The notes below the pieces were generated by a model. The model was given only the letters and a program-made list of their open reading frames with translations, was not told where the DNA came from and did not search any database. A program made the position numbers and the translations under genes. A DNA stretch of 64,000 nt, taken from assembly GCA_965213925.1 (NCBI GenBank), contig OZ243927.1, positions 3,104,001 through 3,168,000 on the forward strand, in the 5' to 3' direction. Shown here piece by piece: positions 59,925 to 64,000 of this stretch; within the stretch, counting starts at the first letter, position 1; every line of letters begins with the position of its first letter. The DNA comes from Trueperaceae bacterium. GTDB lineage: Bacteria > Deinococcota > Deinococci > Deinococcales > Trueperaceae.

Positions 59925-60976
59925 GCATCGACGCCAAAAAGCTCACCCTGTCCGCCAAAGCGCTCCGCGAGGTCAGAAAAGCGGGGCAAGAGGCGCGCCC
60001 TGAATTTATGGGCAGCAGAGCGCTCGCCAACGTCGTCGGCATGGGCGTCGGGGTGAAGTGGCGCGGCGGAGCGCCGACGGGCGACCCTGCCTTAGTGGTG
60101 TTAGTGACGCAGAAGTTGGACAAAAGCGCCCTCAGTAAAACCGACCTCATACCCAGTGAGCTTTCGGGAATGCAGACCGACGTGCTCGCTATCGGCTTTC
60201 CCTTCGCGTACCCTTTCGCTAGGGGGGTCTTCCCCGCACCCGTCACCCAAGAACTCGCGATGCGCGTACGCCCTGCCAAAGGCGGCTACAGCATCAGCCA
60301 TCCCGAGGTGTCTGCGGGAACCCTCGGCACGTGCGTCTACGACATCTTGCCGGAGGGAACCGTCACGCCGCCGCAGCCCGGCGTAGGCATCCCTAACCGC
60401 TATTACCTCCTAAGCAACAACCACGTGATTGCCAACAGCAACGCCGCCTCCATCGGCGACCCTATCTTGCAACCCGGCACCGCAGACGGCGGCACCGACC
60501 CAGCGGACCGCATCGCCAACTTGTCGCGCTTCATCCCGATCCGCCTGAGCCCACCCGTGCCCTTAGAGGAGCACAACAACCTCGTCGACGCCGCCATCGC
60601 CGAAGGTCCCTTCGACCTCCTGAACCGCGAGATTTACTGGTCGGGCTACGTGCGCGGCTGGCGGCGCAAAGAGGACGTCACGGTAGGGACTGTCGTGCAG
60701 AAGACGGGGCGCACCACCCGCTACACGACCGGGCGCATCACCGTGATTGACGCTTCGGTGGACGTGAACTACGGCGGCGGCACCGTGGCACGGTTCGTAG
60801 ACCAGATCATCACCACGAACATGTCGGCGGGCGGCGACTCGGGCTCGCTCGTGACGACGCTGGACAACGTCGCGGTGGGGCTTCTCTTCGCGGGCTCGGA
60901 GGTGGCGATGATCGCGAACCAGATCGAGAACGTAAGGGCGCTTTTACGAGTGGAGGTGGCGGAGGAGATTCTGTAG
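59921..60976 (+). CDS. NAL1-like trypsin-fold serine protease with N-terminal NVVG domain
   Basis: GTLG, LSNNHV (His), VDAAIA (Asp), K.GRTT..T.G, GDSGS (Ser), VGLLFAG; no signal peptide. Confidence 0.85.
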   Translation: MSIDAKKLTLSAKALREVRKAGQEARPEFMGSRALANVVGMGVGVKWRGGAPTGDPALVVLVTQKLDKSALSKTDLIPSELSGMQTDVLAIGFPFAYPFARGVFPAPVTQELAMRVRPAKGGYSISHPEVSAGTLGTCVYDILPEGTVTPPQPGVGIPNRYYLLSNNHVIANSNAASIGDPILQPGTADGGTDPADRIANLSRFIPIRLSPPVPLEEHNNLVDAAIAEGPFDLLNREIYWSGYVRGWRRKEDVTVGTVVQKTGRTTRYTTGRITVIDASVDVNYGGGTVARFVDQIITTNMSAGGDSGSLVTTLDNVAVGLLFAGSEVAMIANQIENVRALLRVEVAEEIL

Positions 60977-61012
60977 TAAGAGGTAACGAATCTTGCGCCA
61001 CTCCGAATCGAT

Positions 61013-61261
61013 ATGGCAAGCAATGCTAAGGAAATCAGCGTCGTAATCGCCAGCGATGTTCTCCACCGAGATGGCATCGGTGTTGAGATATATCTCGGCG
61101 AAGAACTGGTTTTAGAAATTTTTCGCGACGACACGAAGAGAGCCCGTGAAGTCACGCTCTATAGACGCGATTTACCCCTCGAGCTAGTGGAGGAGTCGAT
61201 TGCGATATTCAAGAGAGAAATACCGTGGGACTTTATAGACGACGCTCCGAGCCAGAGCTAA
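61013..61261 (+). CDS. Hypothetical small acidic protein
   Basis: 82-aa ORF, beta-rich with a C-terminal helix. Confidence 0.6.
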   Translation: MASNAKEISVVIASDVLHRDGIGVEIYLGEELVLEIFRDDTKRAREVTLYRRDLPLELVEESIAIFKREIPWDFIDDAPSQS

Positions 61262-61289
61262 ATAGACCGAAAGCGGCGACTGCAGCGGC

Positions 61290-61622
61290 TCACGCCGCGT
61301 GCTGCGTCGCCGCTAAGACCGCGTAGTAGATGCTCTTAGCCGGGATGAGGTAGAGCGCCCCGCGTTCGTCCTTCTCATCGCCGACGTGAATAGCTTGGTC
61401 CCGCGCGAGCAAGGACTCGAGTTCTGTTAGCGCTGAGCGCGCCTCGTCATGCGTTTCGTACGAACCGTACACGAGCCGCGTCGCGGCGGGCGCGTTAAAC
61501 ACGTGCGATTGTGCTCCCGGTTTCTCGCTGCGGTCGCTCAGATAGTCTATCTCTTCCCCTTGCTTCGCCTGCGGACCCGGCACATTGAGCCATAAGACGA
61601 TGCTGTACGCCGCTTTCGCCAT
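61290..61622 (-). CDS. Hypothetical protein
   Basis: 110 aa from ATG 61622; GAGGT RBS. Confidence 0.6.
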   Translation of the reverse strand: MAKAAYSIVLWLNVPGPQAKQGEEIDYLSDRSEKPGAQSHVFNAPAATRLVYGSYETHDEARSALTELESLLARDQAIHVGDEKDERGALYLIPAKSIYYAVLAATQHAA

Positions 61623-61664
61623 GCGGACCTCTTTCATTTTAGATAGTCGTTTTTGAGGGTTACA

Positions 61665-61686
61665 ACAAGGGGCCGCAACCCCTTGT
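61665..61686. repeat. ACAAGGGG...CCCCTTGT palindrome (related copy at 19430-19450)
   Basis: ACAAGGGG-CCGCAA-CCCCTTGT versus ACAAGGGGTTTCAACCCTTTG. Confidence 0.5.
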
Positions 61687-61709
61687 CAAGATGTCAGCGT
61701 CGTCGCGGC

Positions 61710-62372
61710 TCAGCCCGACTTGCGCTCCGCGTAGCTTTCGGCGGGCGGGTCTTGAATCATGTCGGCGTTCTTCTTGCCCGTCTTCGGTCCCGACGCGGAG
61801 GGCTCGCCCGAACGCAGTCCGGCCTGCAAGGACTCGAAGACGCGCTCCAGTTCCACCTCTTCGACCTCGTCACCGTTCTCCCGCGCCCGCGCGATCTGCT
61901 CCTTGACGCGGCGCATCTCGGAGCGCATCTCTAGGTAGCTCCGGTTGTTCTCCTCTTCGCCCACGCTGCCCGACTTACCGTAAAAGGTCTTTGAGTCCAT
62001 AAAGGCGAGGAAGTGGATGTCGGGAATATCGTCCTCGTCCACGGTGCGCACCAAGATATCCTGATGCTCTTGATTGCTCGCGCTCTGAACATCTTCACCG
62101 GACAACTCAGCGACAAGCGCGTCAAGGCTAAAGGTGTCGTCGCTCATCTCCCCGTTGAGACCGGTCAGGGTCCCCTGCTCGAGCGGGTCCCCCGCCTCCC
62201 CGATCGCGTCTGAAACGCTCTCGTAGATGCTCGTAATCCTATCCCTATACGCCGCTTGGATCGTCTCTATATCCCGCTGCAACGTCTCCGCTTCTAAGCG
62301 CGGTTTTAGGAGCGTGTCGTCCCGGACGAGCTGACTGAATTTGACGTGCGTGCCTTCATTCGATGTTGCCAT
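61710..62372 (-). CDS. Hypothetical acidic protein
   Basis: 220 aa; GGGGTGA RBS; host-like codon use. Confidence 0.7.
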   Translation of the reverse strand: MATSNEGTHVKFSQLVRDDTLLKPRLEAETLQRDIETIQAAYRDRITSIYESVSDAIGEAGDPLEQGTLTGLNGEMSDDTFSLDALVAELSGEDVQSASNQEHQDILVRTVDEDDIPDIHFLAFMDSKTFYGKSGSVGEEENNRSYLEMRSEMRRVKEQIARARENGDEVEEVELERVFESLQAGLRSGEPSASGPKTGKKNADMIQDPPAESYAERKSG

Positions 62373-62474
62373 GCGTTTCACCCCTTTTGTCCTAGCCTAC
62401 GTGCTGAGGTGGCGGGGTGACTGTAAGGCATGGAGAAGTAGGAAGAGTGAAGGAAGAGGTGTGAAACGGAGAGG

Positions 62475-63215
62475 TCAGGCGACGTCGCGTACCTGCATGA
62501 CCTCTTCGAGTTCGATGGGACCATAAGGTTCATTTTGCGTCGCCTGGACCTCGCCCTCTTTGACGAGTTCTAAAAACCCCGCGAAGCTCACGACTTGCGT
62601 CGCCCAATCCGTTTTAGACCAACTCACTGAGACGAGTTCGCGGAAGAAGCCGCGCCCGATGCGTCCTAAGGTCTCACGGAGCTTAGTGGTTGCGTCCGCC
62701 ACGGTTAAGCGCGGCGCACTCAGTTCGAAGTAAGCGGTGCTTCTAAAGCGCGCGGCGACGCCACTAAGCCCCTCCAACTTCACCTTGAGTGGACGCTCAC
62801 GCCGCGTGTAGCTCGGACGGGGCGCTGTCGCGCTCAGCACAAAACGCCGCTCAGCGCGTCGCCTACGCAAAAACGCGATGGCGTCCTCGAACGCCTCTAA
62901 GAGCATCACGGCTTCCAGGACTTCAAGCTCCTCTTCGTCCTCCTCTTTGGGCGGACGCGGCAAGAGCAGACGCACCTTTAGCTCGACGATGCGGGCGAGC
63001 AGCGGGAGGGCTTCGGTGGCGAGGTCTAAGCTCCGCTCAGCGAGACGGTCGTAGTGCCCTAAATATGCCTTCACCAACCCAAAGAGGTCGATTTGCGCAG
63101 GCGTGATACGCTCGGCGCGGAGCGCGTGGGCAAGTTCGCCCAAGGTGCCCGTAAAGTGAGGTTGGGTAACGATGAAGTCCTGAGTATGTTGGTTAAGGTG
63201 AGTGGTATCAGGCAT
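62475..63215 (-). CDS. scpA: Segregation and condensation protein A (SMC kleisin)
   Basis: F.G.L..L, ELK.RLLLP, F...LELVK.G....Q.EPYG.I. Confidence 0.88.
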   Translation of the reverse strand: MPDTTHLNQHTQDFIVTQPHFTGTLGELAHALRAERITPAQIDLFGLVKAYLGHYDRLAERSLDLATEALPLLARIVELKVRLLLPRPPKEEDEEELEVLEAVMLLEAFEDAIAFLRRRRAERRFVLSATAPRPSYTRRERPLKVKLEGLSGVAARFRSTAYFELSAPRLTVADATTKLRETLGRIGRGFFRELVSVSWSKTDWATQVVSFAGFLELVKEGEVQATQNEPYGPIELEEVMQVRDVA

Positions 63216-63303
63216 TGAGGTAAGTGTAGCATATGTTTAAGTCCCTCTCCCCCACTGCTCATAATCTTCTACTCGATTTTCACCAGTCCAGTCGTGCTAA
63301 GAT

Positions 63304-63315
63304 AGTCATATGACT
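63304..63315. promoter_or_regulatory. Palindromic autoregulatory operator candidate overlapping the antitoxin start
   Basis: AGTCATATGACT perfect palindrome. Confidence 0.45.
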
Positions 63316-63567
63316 GACCAAGAACGCGGTAACGTGGAAGTCAGTGTAGCCGAAGCAAAGGCTAAACTCAGCGAGATATTGACGCGGGTCGAAGAGGGTG
63401 AAGAGATCACAATTACGCGGCGCGGCAAGCCTGTCGCCACCCTCTCGCCAGCGAAGAAGACCCTCAAACCTTTCCAATCTCGAGCTGAACTCCGGGCGAG
63501 CCAACCTATGGCAAAAACGAGCAGCACCGATATTTTGAGAGCGCTACGTGGCGAGGCGCGTTATTGA
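63310..63567 (+). CDS. Phd/YefM-family antitoxin
   Basis: VSVAEAKAKLSEIL.RVE.GEEI.ITRRGKPVA.L. Confidence 0.93.
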   Translation: MTDQERGNVEVSVAEAKAKLSEILTRVEEGEEITITRRGKPVATLSPAKKTLKPFQSRAELRASQPMAKTSSTDILRALRGEARY

Positions 63568-64000
63568 TCTATTTGGACACGAGCTTCGTCGCTCCTTTCT
63601 ATGTCAACGAGATAACGAGCGAGCGTACCGAAGCTCTCTTTTCTGCGAGGTCTGATGACTTTGCTGTCAGCTATTGGCTACGGGTTGAATTTGCAAGTTT
63701 ACTTTCGCGCAAGCGGCGCATGGGTGAGTTTACGCAGCGCATGTCCGAAACGGTTATGGCGGCGTTCGAGGAAGACATGAGAAGGTCCTTTTTGCTTCTC
63801 ACCCCAACGCAGAAAGACTATGAACTCGCCGCAACGTTCATCCTGCGTCAAGGCTCGAGCCTCCGAGGTCCCGACGCGCTGCATCTAGCTGTAGCAGCCA
63901 ACAGCGGCGCAGACGTGGTCTATTCGTTAGACATGGGTCTCATTGTAGAAGCGGAGGCTTTAGGGCTCCCCGCAAGTGACGCGGGTGTCGGTAGCAGATA
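63564..64000 (+). CDS. vapC: PIN-domain VapC toxin (stop codon cut by window end; absent from the ORF track)
   Basis: TTG start overlaps the antitoxin stop; translates MIYLDTSF...VEFAS...LRGPDALHLA...SLD. Confidence 0.9.
   Translation, partial: MIYLDTSFVAPFYVNEITSERTEALFSARSDDFAVSYWLRVEFASLLSRKRRMGEFTQRMSETVMAAFEEDMRRSFLLLTPTQKDYELAATFILRQGSSLRGPDALHLAVAANSGADVVYSLDMGLIVEAEALGLPASDAGVGSR

Overview
A GC-rich bacterial chromosomal segment. Gene content and protein style suggest Deinococcota, probably Trueperaceae-like; this is inference, not a database result. Core genes include a class II ribonucleotide reductase (nrdJ) carrying a 405-aa LAGLIDADG intein that ends in His-Gln, purH, tRNA-Arg(CCG), ffh-rpsP-khpA-rimM-trmD, pilD, proVWX, tyrS, a complete alternative complex III cluster (actABCDEF plus an ActG/cytochrome c fusion), fatty-acid genes, prlC, scpA and a vapBC pair at the right edge. 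Less familiar modules are: (i) a NAL1-like cytoplasmic trypsin-fold protease preceded by a stand-alone copy of its own N-terminal domain; (ii) a coupled pair of divergent SPFH/coiled-coil membrane proteins; (iii) an XPB helicase/DUF790 (Bax1-like) pair; (iv) tandem DUF2723 (TMEM260-like) glycosyltransferases. Intergenic DNA is rich in small repeats: MITE-like relics, REP-like palindromes and a three-copy multi-hairpin element. I saw no CRISPR array, rRNA, intact transposase or prophage. All family calls come from motif recognition by eye.
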